A stretch of 64,000 nucleotides of DNA from an uncultured Gemmatimonadaceae bacterium (GCA_963843845.1 CAWJMB010000002.1:1536001-1600000); one strand, 5' to 3'. Positions 34,242-44,282 are shown, counted from the first letter of the stretch. The notes: generated by a model from the letters alone, not told the origin. Numbers and translations: made by a program.

Positions 34242-34579
34242 GCGCGGGGTCGGACGCGCCGTTCACCACGCAGCTCCGCGCGCGCGGCGAGACGGTCGTG
34301 CTCGGCGCGCAGAACGCGCCGGAGCGGTGGGGGATCCGCGTGCAAGTCGCGGACGTGTATGACGCGGTACGATTCAGCGCGCCCCCGACGGAACCGGTGA
34401 TCGCGCTCAAGGTGCGCGCCCTCGAGCTGCTCCGCCCGGACGCCGCGTATCACGAGGACTTCGTCGTGAAGCTGCACGGCGTGCTCGTCGACGACGAGAA
34501 CGTGTCGCTCGCCGACGCCGGCGCCGCGGACGGCTCGATCTTCCTCGCGCTGCTCCGCCGCCGCCAACCCGTTCGCTGA
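34238..34579 (+). CDS. Ubiquitin-like (beta-grasp, YukD/EsaB-like) small protein
   Basis: Pattern VIALKVRAL...VVKLHGVLVDDENVSLADAGAADGSIFL resembles the ubiquitin-fold C-terminal half; fold assignment is inference. Confidence 0.6.
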   Translation: MSAGSDAPFTTQLRARGETVVLGAQNAPERWGIRVQVADVYDAVRFSAPPTEPVIALKVRALELLRPDAAYHEDFVVKLHGVLVDDENVSLADAGAADGSIFLALLRRRQPVR

Positions 34580-34584
34580 GCGGC

Positions 34585-35559
34585 GTGAGCGAACCCCCGA
34601 GGGCCGACCCGCCGAGCGTCGCGTTCGTCTCGCACGCCGACTGCGGGCGGCACGACACCGGGTGGGCGCACCCGGAGCACGTCGGACGGCTGCGCGCCGT
34701 GACGCGCGCGCTCGCCGCGGCGCCGGACCTGTTCGAAGGCGTCCGGCACCACGAAGGGCGGCACGCGACCGCAGACGAGCTGTCGCTCGTGCACGATGCG
34801 ACGTACGTCGCGTACGTGCGCGAGACGGCCGAACGAGGTGGCGGACGCGTGGACGCCGACACGGTCATCAGCGACGGGTCGTGGGCAGCCGCGACAGCCG
34901 GCGCGGGGTGCGTGCTCGACGGCGTCGACCTCGTGATGGGTGGGGCGGTGCGTCGCGCGTTCGCCGCGGTGCGGCCGCCGGGGCACCATGCGTTGCGCCG
35001 TCACGGGATGGGCTTCTGTCTGTTCGGGAACGTGGCGCTCGCGGCGCATTACGCCAGGCAGCGGCATGGACTCGAGCGCGTGCTCGTCATCGACTGGGAC
35101 GTACACCACGGCAACGGCACGCAGGCGCTCGTCGAAGACGAGCCGGCCATCCACTTCGTGTCGATGCACCAGTGGCCGTGGTACCCGGGCACGGGCGCGG
35201 CCGAGGACCGCGGGCCGCACGCGTCGGTGTGGAACGTGCCGCTGCCCCCGGCCCTCCCGGCGCAGCGCTACGTGGACGCGCTCGAGCGCGGGATCGACGC
35301 GGCGACCGCCGGCTTCGTTCCCGACCTCATCCTCATCTCCGCCGGCTTCGACTCGCTCGCCGGCGATCCGTTAGGCGGCTTCACGCTCGAGATGGAGCAC
35401 GTCGACGCGCTGACGCGGAGCGTGGCGGCGCGTGCCGACGCGTGGTGCGGGGGGCGCGTCGTGAGTGCGCTCGAAGGCGGGTATGCGCCGCCGCGCGTCG
35501 GCGAGGCCTGCACGGCGCACCTGCGCGCGCTGCGCGACGGGATCCCCGCCGGTGCCTAA
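34585..35559 (+). CDS. Histone deacetylase family protein
   Basis: HPE, RPPGHHA, GFCLFGN, DWDVHHGNGTQ, SAGFD, LEGGY. Confidence 0.95.
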   Translation: MSEPPRADPPSVAFVSHADCGRHDTGWAHPEHVGRLRAVTRALAAAPDLFEGVRHHEGRHATADELSLVHDATYVAYVRETAERGGGRVDADTVISDGSWAAATAGAGCVLDGVDLVMGGAVRRAFAAVRPPGHHALRRHGMGFCLFGNVALAAHYARQRHGLERVLVIDWDVHHGNGTQALVEDEPAIHFVSMHQWPWYPGTGAAEDRGPHASVWNVPLPPALPAQRYVDALERGIDAATAGFVPDLILISAGFDSLAGDPLGGFTLEMEHVDALTRSVAARADAWCGGRVVSALEGGYAPPRVGEACTAHLRALRDGIPAGA

Positions 35560-35560
35560 C

Positions 35561-36349
35561 GTGCCCCCGACGCCCGCCGTGCTCCGCCTCGTGCAGGAGC
35601 TGGCGCTCGGACGGTGGCGTGCCGCCGGCGCGGACCTGTACCGGGAGGTCGCCTCGGAGCTGGACGTGGTGGCGGGGCAGGAGATCATCGTGGCCGGCTC
35701 CGGCGACGGGACGAGTTGCGAATGGCTCGCGCAGCGCACTGGCGCGGCGGTGACCGGCGTCGATCCCGACGCCGAGGACGTGGAGGCGGCCGAGGAGCGT
35801 GCGCGCGAGCGCGTCCCGCTCCTCCCGCTCGCGTTCCAGCAGGCGCCGCTCGACGACTTGCCACATGAGACGGCGGTGTTCGACGCGGCGGTCGGCGAGC
35901 CGGTCCTCGCCTCGGCGAACGATCCGGCGCGCGCGGTGGCGGAGCTCGCGCGCGTCACGAAGCCGATGGGGGTCGTCGTGTTGCTGCAGCTGTCGTGGGG
36001 GCGCGGGATCTCGGCGGGCGCGCGCACGCTGCTCGTCGACCGACTCGGCCTGCGTCCGCACCACGTCGTCGAGTGGAAGCAGATGCTCCGCGACGCGGGC
36101 GTCGTCGACCTGCAGGTCCAGGACTGGACGAACGAGTGCGACGAGGCGCCGTGCGTCGGCGACGCGCCGCAGCTCACCTGGCAGCAGAAGTTGCAGATCG
36201 TGTCGCGCGCGTGGCGCCGCTCCGGGTGGCGCGAGGCGCGCGAGGCGATCGAGCGTGAGGAGACACTGCTCCGGGAGCTGGCGCGTGAACGCGCGTTGGG
36301 CTTCCAGCTCATCCGCGGGGTCAAGTGGCCGCACGCCCAGTCGACGTGA
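35561..36349 (+). CDS. Class I SAM-dependent methyltransferase
   Basis: VAGSGDG motif I, TGVD, LPHETAVFDAA, ELARVTKPMG. Confidence 0.8.
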   Translation: MPPTPAVLRLVQELALGRWRAAGADLYREVASELDVVAGQEIIVAGSGDGTSCEWLAQRTGAAVTGVDPDAEDVEAAEERARERVPLLPLAFQQAPLDDLPHETAVFDAAVGEPVLASANDPARAVAELARVTKPMGVVVLLQLSWGRGISAGARTLLVDRLGLRPHHVVEWKQMLRDAGVVDLQVQDWTNECDEAPCVGDAPQLTWQQKLQIVSRAWRRSGWREAREAIEREETLLRELARERALGFQLIRGVKWPHAQST

Positions 36350-37395
36350 CCGCCTCCGGCACGGGCGTGCCGACTGCGGGGACGCCGACTGCGGGGACGC
36401 CGGCGGTGAGCGCGCACCTGCCGTGGAGCGTGTATCTCGCCCCCGATGGACGGGTCGAGCACGGACTCGGCCTGCGCGCGATGCGCGACGTCGTGACGAG
36501 CGGTGCGGGGACGCTGTGGGTCGACGTCGATGTGACCGATCTGCGACAGCACGCGGTGCTGGAGAAAGTGTTCGGCTTCCATCCGCTCGCCGTCGAGGAT
36601 ACGCTCAACCCGCACACGCGCGTCAAGTACGAGGAGTACGACGGCTTTCTGTTCGTCGTCGTGCGCACGGTGCGGCTGGAGCCCGACACGCCCGACCCCT
36701 ACGACGTCGAGACCCAGGACCTGTACTGCTTCCTCGGCGCCAACTTCCTCGTCACGGCGCACGCGCAGCAGACCGACGCGGTCGACGCGATGCGCGAGCG
36801 GGTGGGGCTCAGCACCGACGTCCTCGCCCGCGGGCCCGCGAAGGCGATGCACGGCATCCTCGATTCCGCGGTCGACGCGTACTTTCCGCTGCTCGACTGC
36901 GTCGACGACATGCTCGACGGATTGGAGGAGCGCGTCTTCGCCAACTTCGACCAGTCGGCGCTGCGTGACATCTTCAGCGTCAAGCGACTCGTCCTGACGC
37001 TCCGCCGACACCTCGCGCCGCAGCGCGAAGTGCTGAACATGCTGACGAATCGACCGTCGGAGCTGCTGCCGGCGAACGTTCAGGTCTACTTCCGCGACGT
37101 CTACGACCACGTGCTGCGCATCAACGACTCGCTCGACACCTACCGCGAGCTGTTGTCGAGCACACTCGACAGTTACCTGTCGCAGGTGTCGAACCGGCTG
37201 AGCCGCAGCAGCAGGGGGCTCACGCTCGTCGCCACCGTCACGCTGCCGTTCGTCATCATGAGCGGGATGTGGGGGATGAATTTCGCGGGCATCCCGTTCG
37301 CGAATCGTCCGCACGGCTTCGCGCTCCTCGTCGTGCTGCAGTGCGTCGTCGCGGCACTGGTCCTAGGCGTTCTCCGATTCTTCCGACTGCTATGA
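36346..37395 (+). CDS. corA: CorA family Mg2+/Co2+ transporter
   Basis: FHPLAVED, YFRDVYDH, GMWGMNF (GMN motif), two C-terminal TM helices. Confidence 0.93.
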   Translation: MTASGTGVPTAGTPTAGTPAVSAHLPWSVYLAPDGRVEHGLGLRAMRDVVTSGAGTLWVDVDVTDLRQHAVLEKVFGFHPLAVEDTLNPHTRVKYEEYDGFLFVVVRTVRLEPDTPDPYDVETQDLYCFLGANFLVTAHAQQTDAVDAMRERVGLSTDVLARGPAKAMHGILDSAVDAYFPLLDCVDDMLDGLEERVFANFDQSALRDIFSVKRLVLTLRRHLAPQREVLNMLTNRPSELLPANVQVYFRDVYDHVLRINDSLDTYRELLSSTLDSYLSQVSNRLSRSSRGLTLVATVTLPFVIMSGMWGMNFAGIPFANRPHGFALLVVLQCVVAALVLGVLRFFRLL

Positions 37396-38180
37396 GCGAC
37401 GTGCCGACCTCGCGTCCCGCCGGCGAACACTCGACGATCGCCGGGCGCGCCACTCCGTTAGGCACTCGCGCCGTCCGCGCGCAGAAGGGGCCGAGTCTGC
37501 GACTGTTCGGCGTGGCCGCGCGCGAGGAGCATCCCGCACAGGCCGGCGAACGGCCGCCGGGGATCGACACGGTGACGTTCCGCGACCTCGCGGCGATCGT
37601 GACGCCGGCGCCGTACACGAACGAGGCGCTCACCCCGCGCGAGCTCGAGGCGCACGTCAGCACCGTGGCGGAGGTCTTCGCGCTCCGTGCGATCGTCCCG
37701 GCCCCGCCGGGCACCGTCTTCCGCTCACCGGCGCGGCTCCTGACCTGGCTGGAGCTGCACTACTACACGCTGTCCGAGGCCCTCGAGTACGTGACCGACC
37801 GCGTGGTCGCGCGCGTCACCGTGCGGCGCGGCGATCCGGACGCGCTCGTCACGGCCGCCGCCGCGACGCCGTCCGCGACGCTCCGGCTGACGCCTGCCGC
37901 GGACGACCCGCCCGGCGCGCCCGGCGACCTCGTGTCGGTCGCCGCGGAGACGTTTCGAGAGCTGCGGCGGGACGCGACGGCGCTCATCATCCTCCGCGCC
38001 GACCCGGCGTCCGCGCTCTCCGACGAGTCGGCGCACGGATCGTTTCTGATCGACCGCTCCCGGTGGCGGGCGTTCGAGGACGCGGTCGCGCAGCAGTCGC
38101 GGCGGCACGCCGCCCTGCGGCTCGAATGCACCGGGCCGTGGCCGCCGTACGACTTCGTGCGGATGCAGTTCAAGGCCTGA
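37392..38180 (+). CDS. GvpL/GvpF family protein
   Basis: DLAAIV, AH..V, IVPAPPGTVF, FLIDR, C-terminal TGPWPPYDF signature. Confidence 0.8.
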   Translation: MSDVPTSRPAGEHSTIAGRATPLGTRAVRAQKGPSLRLFGVAAREEHPAQAGERPPGIDTVTFRDLAAIVTPAPYTNEALTPRELEAHVSTVAEVFALRAIVPAPPGTVFRSPARLLTWLELHYYTLSEALEYVTDRVVARVTVRRGDPDALVTAAAATPSATLRLTPAADDPPGAPGDLVSVAAETFRELRRDATALIILRADPASALSDESAHGSFLIDRSRWRAFEDAVAQQSRRHAALRLECTGPWPPYDFVRMQFKA

Positions 38181-38189
38181 GGACGCCTG

Positions 38190-39197
38190 GTGTTCTGTCC
38201 GAGCTGCGGCACCTGGAACCGCGCGAGCGCGGCGCGCTGTACCCGGTGCAGCACCGCGCTCCCCGAGCCCGCCCCGCCGCCCGCGCTCGAGCCGCCGGAC
38301 GAGGAGATCACGGTGCTTCGGCGTGCGACGGGAGCGCGCTACGCGATCGAACGGCGGATCGGCGGAGGCGGGATGGCGCAGGTCTACCTCGCGCGGCACG
38401 CGACGTTAGGCAGCGCGCTCGCCATCAAGGTGCTGCACCGCCATCTCGCGCGCGATCCGGAGATGCGCACGCGCTTTCGTCGCGAGGCCGAGGCGGCGGC
38501 GCGACTGCAGCACCCGAACGTCGTCGCCATCGTGGACAGCGGCGCGCTGCGGGACGTCGAGTATATCGTGATGCCGTACTACCCGGGCGGCTCGCTGGCC
38601 GACGCGATGACTGGCAAGCGCAGTGTCGAGCCCGAGCTCGCGGCGTCCGCCGTCGCGCAGGCCGCGCAGGGGCTCGACTACGCCCACCGCCGCGGGGTCG
38701 TGCACCGCGACGTGAAGCCGGACAACGTGCTGTTCGACGCCGAAGGCCACGCCGCCGTGACCGACTTCGGCATCGCGAGCGCACGCTTTCACGCCCGGCT
38801 CACGGCGACCGGCCGCGCCATGGGCACGCCGCACTACATGTCCCCCGAACAGGCGATGGGACGCCTGCTCGACGGCCGGAGCGACGTCTACGCGTTGGGC
38901 GTGCTGCTCTACGAGACGTTGAGCGGCGATCCGCCCTTCGACGGCCCGGACGCGTACTCGGTGGGGTACAAGCACGTGCACGAGGCGCCGCGCCCGCTGG
39001 AGCTCCGGGCGCCGCACGTGCCGTCCGTCCTCGCCGCCGCGACGATGCGCGCGCTCGCGAAGAATCCCGCCGAGCGCTACCAGCGGGCGGCCGACCTCGC
39101 CGACGTCCTGATCGCCTACCTCGCCGAGCGCGGCGCGCCGGCACTCCGGGCGGCCTGGCGCATGCGCCCCGCGACCCCGCCGCGTCCACGCACCTGA
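38190..39197 (+). CDS. Hanks-type Ser/Thr protein kinase with N-terminal zinc ribbon
   Basis: CPSC...CTRC; GGGGMA, AIK, HRDVKPDN, DFG, YMSPE, DVYALG; no TM segment. Confidence 0.95.
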   Translation: MFCPSCGTWNRASAARCTRCSTALPEPAPPPALEPPDEEITVLRRATGARYAIERRIGGGGMAQVYLARHATLGSALAIKVLHRHLARDPEMRTRFRREAEAAARLQHPNVVAIVDSGALRDVEYIVMPYYPGGSLADAMTGKRSVEPELAASAVAQAAQGLDYAHRRGVVHRDVKPDNVLFDAEGHAAVTDFGIASARFHARLTATGRAMGTPHYMSPEQAMGRLLDGRSDVYALGVLLYETLSGDPPFDGPDAYSVGYKHVHEAPRPLELRAPHVPSVLAAATMRALAKNPAERYQRAADLADVLIAYLAERGAPALRAAWRMRPATPPRPRT

Positions 39198-39210
39198 CAC
39201 GTTTCGATCC

Positions 39211-40245
39211 ATGGACATCCTGCACGAGATCGTCACCGTCCACACGCGGCACCCGTTCGTCATCGCCCGCGGCGGCGCGAGCGAGTGGCGCACCGTGACC
39301 GTGCGCGTCCGCGATGCCGATGGTGCCGAGGGGTGGGGCGAGGCGGCGCCGAGTCGCTTCTACGGCGAGACCCCGGAGAGTGTCGTCGGCGCGCTCGACC
39401 GGTTCCGAGGCGCGCTCGACGGCGTCGATCCGTGGCACCTCGAGGAGGCCGAGTCCCGCATGAATGCGGCGATGCGCTTCAACGGCGCGGCGAAGAGCGC
39501 CGTGAGCGCCGCGCTGCACGATCTCGCGGCCAAGCGGCTCGGCGTCCCCCTCTACAGGCTCTGGGGGCTCGACATGGCGCGCGCGCCGCGGTCGAGCTTC
39601 ACGATCGCGATCGCGCCCGACGACGCGACGCTCCGCCAGCGAGTCGCCGACGCGGCGCAGTACCCCGTGCTGAAGGTGAAGCTCGGGAGCAGCGCGGGAA
39701 CGGCGCGCGACGAGCAGATCGTTCGCCTCGTCCGCGAGGCGGCACCGGACGCCACGCTGCGCGTCGACGCGAACGCGGCCTGGGACGCGAAGACGGCGCT
39801 CCGCATGATCGACCTGCTCGCCTCGCTCGGTGTCGAGTTCGTCGAGCAGCCGCTCCCGGCGCACGACGTCGACGGCATGCGCTTCGTGCGGGAGCGCTCG
39901 CCGCTGCCGATCGTGGCCGACGAGTCGTGCGTCGTCGCCAGCGACATCCCGCGCCTGATCGGCGCGGTCGACGGGATCAACATCAAGCTCGCGAAGTGCG
40001 GCGGGCTGCGCGAGGCGCTGCGGATGATCGCCACGGCGCGTGCGCACGGCATGCTCGTGATGTGCGGCTGCATGATCGAGACGAGCCTCGGCATCGCGGC
40101 GGCGGCACACCTCGCGCCGCTGCTCGACTACGCCGATCTGGACGGCGCGTCGCTGCTCGCCGACGACCCGTACGCGGGGCCGACGATCGACCGCGGCGTG
40201 ATCGCGCTCCCCGACGCGCCGGGGCTCGGCGTCGTGCGTCGCTAG
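39211..40245 (+). CDS. L-Ala-D/L-Glu dipeptide epimerase (enolase superfamily)
   Basis: FVIARG, GWGEAAP, KVKLG, DAN, EQP, ADES, NIKLAKCGG, GCMIE, DLDG. Confidence 0.9.
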   Translation: MDILHEIVTVHTRHPFVIARGGASEWRTVTVRVRDADGAEGWGEAAPSRFYGETPESVVGALDRFRGALDGVDPWHLEEAESRMNAAMRFNGAAKSAVSAALHDLAAKRLGVPLYRLWGLDMARAPRSSFTIAIAPDDATLRQRVADAAQYPVLKVKLGSSAGTARDEQIVRLVREAAPDATLRVDANAAWDAKTALRMIDLLASLGVEFVEQPLPAHDVDGMRFVRERSPLPIVADESCVVASDIPRLIGAVDGINIKLAKCGGLREALRMIATARAHGMLVMCGCMIETSLGIAAAAHLAPLLDYADLDGASLLADDPYAGPTIDRGVIALPDAPGLGVVRR

Positions 40246-40304
40246 CGGGCGGAGTGCAACGATCGGACGCGGCGGCCGCTCGCCGGAGTGAGTACGATGC
40301 CACC

Positions 40305-42572
40305 GTGCCATCCCATCGGCTCGCCGAGGTCGCGCTCCCGCTGCCGCTGTTCCGCACGTTCACGTACGCGGTGCCGGACGCGCTGCGGCACCCGCTGGTG
40401 CCAGGGACCCGCGTCGTGGTGCCGCTGCGCAAGGGGAAGGAGATCGGCATCTACCTCGGGCCCGGGACGCCGGCGTCGTTAGGCACCGCGGCGCCGAAGC
40501 CGGTCATCGACGTGCCGGACGCGGAGCCGGCCATCACGCCCGCGCTGCTCGATGTCTGCCGCTGGATCGCCGACTACTACGTCGTCCCGCTGGGCGTCGC
40601 GCTGCGGTGTGCCCTCCCGGTCCTGCTGACCGGCGTCGCGACACCCGAGCCGGCGCGGAAGACGCGGCGCGTCGCGACGGTCGTCCGCCACCTGGAGTCG
40701 CTCGCCGAGCGCGACCGCGCGTTCGGCCGGGCGGCGCAGCAGCGCGCGCTGTTCGAGCTGCTCGAGTCGAGCGGCGGACGGGCCCCCGTGGAGCAGATGC
40801 TCGAGCGACTCGCGTTCTCGCCGTCGGTGCTCAGGGGGCTCGTCGCGCGCGGCCTCGTCGACGTGCGCGACGAGATCGTCTCGCGCGATCCGTTCGCGCT
40901 GCGGGCAGGGACGCCGGCGCCCGCGATGCCGACGACCGCGCAGGGTGCGGCGATCGACGCGCTCGTGGCCGGCGCGCCCGCCGAGACGTTTCTGCTGCAC
41001 GGCGTCACCGGGAGCGGCAAGACGCTCGTCTACATCGAGCTGCTGCGCCGCGTCGTCACCGAGCGCGGACAGGGCGCGATCGTGCTCGTGCCCGAGATCG
41101 CGCTCACGCCGCAGACGGTCGACCGGTTCCGCGGCGCCTTCGGCGATCAGGTCGCGGTGCTGCACAGCGCGCTCTCGGACGGCGAGCGGTACGACGCCTG
41201 GCTCGCGCTGCGGCGCGGCGAGAAGCGCATCGCGGTCGGTGCCCGCTCCGCGATCTTCGCGCCCGTCGCGAACCTCGGCGCCATCATCGTGGACGAGGAA
41301 CACGAGTCGAGCTACAAGCAGGGAGAGACGCCGCGCTATCACGCGCGCGAGACGGCGATCGTGCGCGCACGGGTCGACGGAGCGGTCGTCGTGCTGGGCA
41401 GCGCGACACCGAGCCTCGAGAGCTGGACGAACGCGACGTCGGGCAAGTACCGGCTCCTCTCGCTCCCCGACCGCGTCGGCGGCGGGCGCCTCCCCGTGAT
41501 CGACGTCGTCGACCTGCGCACCCCCGCTCACGACTCGGCGGCGCAGCACGCGAAGTTCGCGGTGCCCGGCGTGCTGTCGCGTGAGCTGGACACGGCGCTC
41601 GCCGACCGGCTCGACAAGGGCGAGCAGAGCATCCTGCTGCTCAACCGTCGCGGCTACTCCGCGTTCGTGCAGTGCAGCGAGAACGGGCACGTCGCGCAGT
41701 GTCCGAACTGCTCGATCGCGCTCACCTACCACCGTACGCCCGAGCAGCTCGTCTGTCACTACTGTCTGCACAGTGAGCCGCCGTGGGAGCGCTGCCGCCT
41801 GTGCGGGAGCACGACGCTCCGGCAGCGCGGGCTCGGCACGCAGCAGGTCGAACGGATTCTCGCCGAGCGCTTCCCGTCGGCGCGCATCGCACGGATGGAC
41901 GTCGACACGACCGGTGCGAAGTGGGCGCACGCCGAGATCCTGGACCGCGTGGGGCGCGGCGAGATCGACATGCTGCTGGGCACCCAGATGATCGCCAAGG
42001 GTCTCGACTTCGCGAACGTGACGCTGGTCGGCGTGATCGACGCCGACACCGGGATCAACCTGCCGGACTTCCGGGCGTCGGAGCGGTGCTTCCAGCTGCT
42101 GGCGCAGGTCGCGGGACGGGCCGGGCGCGGACCGAAGGGCGGACGCGTGCTGATCCAGACGCGGGTGCCGTCGCACCACGCCGTGCGATGCGCGGTGGGA
42201 CACGACTACGATGCCTTCGTGCGTGAAGAGCTGAGCGGCCGGCTGGCACCGCCGTACCCGCCGACGATCCGGCTCGCGAACATCGTCGTGAGCGGGATCT
42301 ACGAAGCGGCGACGGCAGAGTTCGCGGAGAGCGCGGCGACGTGGGTGCAGCGGCTGCTCGCGCGGACGTCGGCCGAGGGGATCACGCTCGTCGGGCCGGC
42401 GCCGTGTCCGGTCGAGCGCATCAAGCAGCGGTGGCGGTGGCACTTCCTGCTCAAGTCCGAGCGTCCGGCCGAGCTGACGCGCGTCGCGCGCTACTTCCTC
42501 GCCCGCTTCCCCGTGCCGAAGCACGCCGGACTGCGCCTCGCGCTCGACCGCGACCCGGTCGCATTGCTCTGA
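40305..42572 (+). CDS. priA: Primosomal protein N' (replication restart helicase)
   Basis: HGVTGSGKT, LVPEIALTPQ, DEEHE, LGSATPS, LNRRGY, Cys-rich region, GTQMIAKGLDF, QVAGRAGR. Confidence 0.97.
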   Translation: MPSHRLAEVALPLPLFRTFTYAVPDALRHPLVPGTRVVVPLRKGKEIGIYLGPGTPASLGTAAPKPVIDVPDAEPAITPALLDVCRWIADYYVVPLGVALRCALPVLLTGVATPEPARKTRRVATVVRHLESLAERDRAFGRAAQQRALFELLESSGGRAPVEQMLERLAFSPSVLRGLVARGLVDVRDEIVSRDPFALRAGTPAPAMPTTAQGAAIDALVAGAPAETFLLHGVTGSGKTLVYIELLRRVVTERGQGAIVLVPEIALTPQTVDRFRGAFGDQVAVLHSALSDGERYDAWLALRRGEKRIAVGARSAIFAPVANLGAIIVDEEHESSYKQGETPRYHARETAIVRARVDGAVVVLGSATPSLESWTNATSGKYRLLSLPDRVGGGRLPVIDVVDLRTPAHDSAAQHAKFAVPGVLSRELDTALADRLDKGEQSILLLNRRGYSAFVQCSENGHVAQCPNCSIALTYHRTPEQLVCHYCLHSEPPWERCRLCGSTTLRQRGLGTQQVERILAERFPSARIARMDVDTTGAKWAHAEILDRVGRGEIDMLLGTQMIAKGLDFANVTLVGVIDADTGINLPDFRASERCFQLLAQVAGRAGRGPKGGRVLIQTRVPSHHAVRCAVGHDYDAFVREELSGRLAPPYPPTIRLANIVVSGIYEAATAEFAESAATWVQRLLARTSAEGITLVGPAPCPVERIKQRWRWHFLLKSERPAELTRVARYFLARFPVPKHAGLRLALDRDPVALL

Positions 42573-42596
42573 GCGTGGCGCGGTAGATTGCGCGGC

Positions 42597-43025
42597 GTGA
42601 CGACTCCGATTGACGACACGTCGCCCGTGATGCGCGGTCCGCAGAGCGGCGCGAGCCGACTCGCCGACGACACGCGGCGCCGGTTCGTCGCGGCGATCGT
42701 CGCGCACGTGCCGCTCGACCGGATTGTCGAGCTGTACCTGTTCCCCCCGATGCGGCAGGGCGGGGTGGAGACGGGCGTGGCGGTCGTCGCGTCGCGACCC
42801 GCCGACGCCGACGGTGCGCGGCACACGGTGTTCATGGCGCGCTATCGACTCACGATCAGAGGCCCCGAGCGCGGCACGTGGGACGCCGACGTCGTCGAGG
42901 AAGCCGACGCGCCGCTCGTCACCGTCGAGGCGGTCGTACGCGGCGTGCAGCGCAGGGCCGGCGACGCCGCCGACGCGGAACGGCTCGGAGCGGAGGCGGT
43001 CCGGCGACTGCTCGGCGCTGCCTGA
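42597..43025 (+). CDS. Hypothetical protein
   Basis: Clean ORF with typical codon usage; TAGATT hexamer 7 nt upstream of GTG. Confidence 0.7.
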   Translation: MTTPIDDTSPVMRGPQSGASRLADDTRRRFVAAIVAHVPLDRIVELYLFPPMRQGGVETGVAVVASRPADADGARHTVFMARYRLTIRGPERGTWDADVVEEADAPLVTVEAVVRGVQRRAGDAADAERLGAEAVRRLLGAA

Positions 43026-43037
43026 CGGGCCGCTGGC

Positions 43038-44282
43038 TCAGGGGGGCCGCGACTTGATGAACGTTCGGTTGCCCGGATCGTTGGTCGGGATCTGACCCGT
43101 CACTTTCACGCGCACCGTGTCGCCGCGCAGCGTGCCTTCGAGCACCGCGTACGTGTAGCGGGTGTCGCGGTTGTCGATGGCGCGGAGGCGGATGGTCTCG
43201 CCGGTCAGGGTACCGATCAGCCCGTACTGCTCGTTCCCCGCGAGCCGGTAGGCGCCGGTGACTTCGGTGACGCCGTTGCCGCGCCCGTCGGCCCAGATGC
43301 GTAGGAGCTCCTGCCCACGCGGGCCGTCGTTCGCGAAGTAGCGGCCGTCGATCGGGTCGCGGTCGTTCGCGCGAACGAACAGCGCGCGGCTCAGGATCGG
43401 CACCCACGAGCCGAACAGGCCGATGCCACCGCTGAGGCGATTGATGATCCCCGAGCCCGTGAAGGGATCGTTGCGCGTCCGATAGTAGTCGAAGTAGCTG
43501 GTGTCGACCGCGGAGACGTACACGTTCTGCGTGAACCCCGCCTGGAAGACACGCGGCAGTCGTTCGGCGAACAGGTTGCGCAGCTCGCCGGTGAGGTCGA
43601 TCGCTGCCGAGTCGGTGAACAGAAAGAAGGCGCCGTAGACGGATTCGATGCGGAGCGCGTAGGCGCGCGCGCCGGGCACCGGCGTCCATCGGAGGCGGAG
43701 TGTGTCCGTGTCACGATTGAACGTCGACACGTCGAACGGCGGCGCGACCGACGTCGAGGGCGTGCCGGGAACGAGCGTCTGCCCGGTCGTGACGCGGCCG
43801 TCCGGCAGCTCGACGCGAAGGCGATAGCGCCCCCCGGGCAAGATCGGCAGCTGGTTCGTCGCCCCGAAGCCCGCGGGACGCACCCCACCCTGCGAGGGGA
43901 GCGGGTTGCTGTTCAGGAAGACGTACATCCCCGTCCCCGCCGGCTCCGCCACGGTCGTCCGCCTGACCAGCGTCTCGATGGCCGTGGCGACCGTGCCGTC
44001 CGGCCCCGTGATCGTGACGCGCGCGCCGTTGATCGGGACGCCGCCGCCGCTCACGATCGGATCGTCGACGCTGCTCGCCGAGTCGTCGCTGACGGCGATC
44101 CGGCCGGTGAGCGTGCGCTCGACGAGCACCGACTGCTCGAGGGTGCCGGCGTTCAGCACCGCGTGGACGACCGGTCGATCCTCGCCGGTCGCGACGCGCC
44201 GTTCGTCGAACGTGCACGCGGAGGCGCCGAACGCGATGGCCCCGCACGCGATCAGCGCGACCGTTCGGCACAGCCGCCTCAT
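43038..44282 (-). CDS. Lipoprotein partner of the TonB-dependent receptor (DUF4249-like)
   Basis: Signal peptide with lipobox GASAC, VVHAVLN, GARVTI, GGRYRL, GGIGLFGS; ATG overlaps the receptor stop. Confidence 0.72.
   Translation of the reverse strand: MRRLCRTVALIACGAIAFGASACTFDERRVATGEDRPVVHAVLNAGTLEQSVLVERTLTGRIAVSDDSASSVDDPIVSGGGVPINGARVTITGPDGTVATAIETLVRRTTVAEPAGTGMYVFLNSNPLPSQGGVRPAGFGATNQLPILPGGRYRLRVELPDGRVTTGQTLVPGTPSTSVAPPFDVSTFNRDTDTLRLRWTPVPGARAYALRIESVYGAFFLFTDSAAIDLTGELRNLFAERLPRVFQAGFTQNVYVSAVDTSYFDYYRTRNDPFTGSGIINRLSGGIGLFGSWVPILSRALFVRANDRDPIDGRYFANDGPRGQELLRIWADGRGNGVTEVTGAYRLAGNEQYGLIGTLTGETIRLRAIDNRDTRYTYAVLEGTLRGDTVRVKVTGQIPTNDPGNRTFIKSRPP

Noticed and set aside
36364..36404. 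15-bp repeat (GTPTA) at the corA N-terminus
   Set aside because: Short local duplication in a disordered leader; no evidence of function
37392..38180. Gas vesicle operon
   Set aside because: Only one gvp-like gene is present
39285..40304. Long N-terminal extension of PriA (1095-aa ORF)
   Set aside because: Overlaps the epimerase in another frame; PriA similarity and a -10-like hexamer point to GTG 40305
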